A stretch of 5,488 bases of DNA from Candidatus Nanopusillus sp. GTDB taxonomy: Archaea > Nanobdellota > Nanobdellia > Nanobdellales > Nanobdellaceae. Made by a program: the position numbers and the translations under genes. Location: the NCBI GenBank assembly GCA_046536775.1, contig JAWDMD010000030.1:1-5488 (forward strand). The letters are read 5' to 3'. Each line of letters starts with the position of its first letter. Within the stretch, counting starts at the first letter, position 1. Positions 5,412 through 5,488 of the stretch are shown in pieces. The notes under the pieces are model-generated. The model was not told the origin of the DNA. It made no database searches and saw nothing but the letters and a program-made list of their open reading frames with translations.

Positions 5412-5484
5412 CGCCCCGGACGGGATTTGAACCCGTGTCACGAGCTCGACAGGCTCGTATGATAGGCCACTACACTACCGGGGC
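5412..5484 (-). tRNA. tRNA-Asp (anticodon GUC), archaeal type, CCA not encoded
   Basis: The - strand reads GCCCCGGTAGTGTAGTGGCCTATCATACGAGCCTGTCGAGCTCGTGACACGGGTTCAAATCCCGTCCGGGGCG (73 nt). The acceptor stem is 7 bp (GCCCCGG/CCGGGGC). The anticodon stem CGAGC/GCTCG carries the loop CTGTCGA, giving anticodon GTC. The T arm is ACGGG-TTCAAAT-CCCGT and the discriminator is G. The next bases are TAAG, so no CCA is encoded. The GCCC start, GTGTAGTGGCC D-arm and TTCAAATCC T-loop are typical of archaeal tRNA-Asp. Confidence 0.92.
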
Positions 5485-5488
5485 TTCG

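Noticed and set aside
1-5488. CRISPR arrays, IS-element terminal inverted repeats, rRNA fragments, and a second att copy of the tRNA-Asp 3' end
   Set aside because: I could not find regularly spaced direct repeats, transposase-like ORFs, rRNA-like conserved stretches, or any repeat of ggatttgaacccg/cgccccgga elsewhere in the window.

Overview
The window is very AT-rich and looks archaeal. It has an archaeal-type tRNA-Asp without encoded CCA, oligo-T tracts after genes, and TATA-like boxes. A methanogen-like host is inference only.

Contents from left to right:
- 2-106 (+): tail of an unidentified gene.
- 170-616 (+): a small zinc-ribbon membrane protein.
- 843-1790: a ~0.95-kb GC-rich island (about 50-65% GC by hand counts of 60-nt rows) with no credible ORF. 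I read it as three structured-RNA-like modules: D 843-1100, A 1119-1398, B 1444-1790. They are G-rich on the - strand and separated by - strand oligo-T tracts.
- 1809-3782 (-): an extremely AT-rich 657-aa orphan gene with a C-terminal membrane anchor. Its stop codon lies ~20 nt from module B.
- 3884-4066: a fourth GC-rich module (C) just upstream of that gene. It shares a collinear series of sequence blocks with module B and some with A.
- 4067-4616: a ~550-bp ORF-free AT-rich spacer with a perfect 23-bp palindrome.
- 4617-5318 (+): a tyrosine-recombinase gene broken by a single in-frame TAA.
- 5412-5484 (-): tRNA-Asp(GUC), whose 3' end faces the integrase. This is the typical edge of a tRNA-targeted integrated element.

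The most interesting signal is the orphan gene bracketed by related GC-rich modules that carry perfect long-range complementarities. I cannot assign these modules to RNase P, SRP, group II intron or any other RNA family I recognise. All structural and homology statements come from by-eye alignment and need computation.
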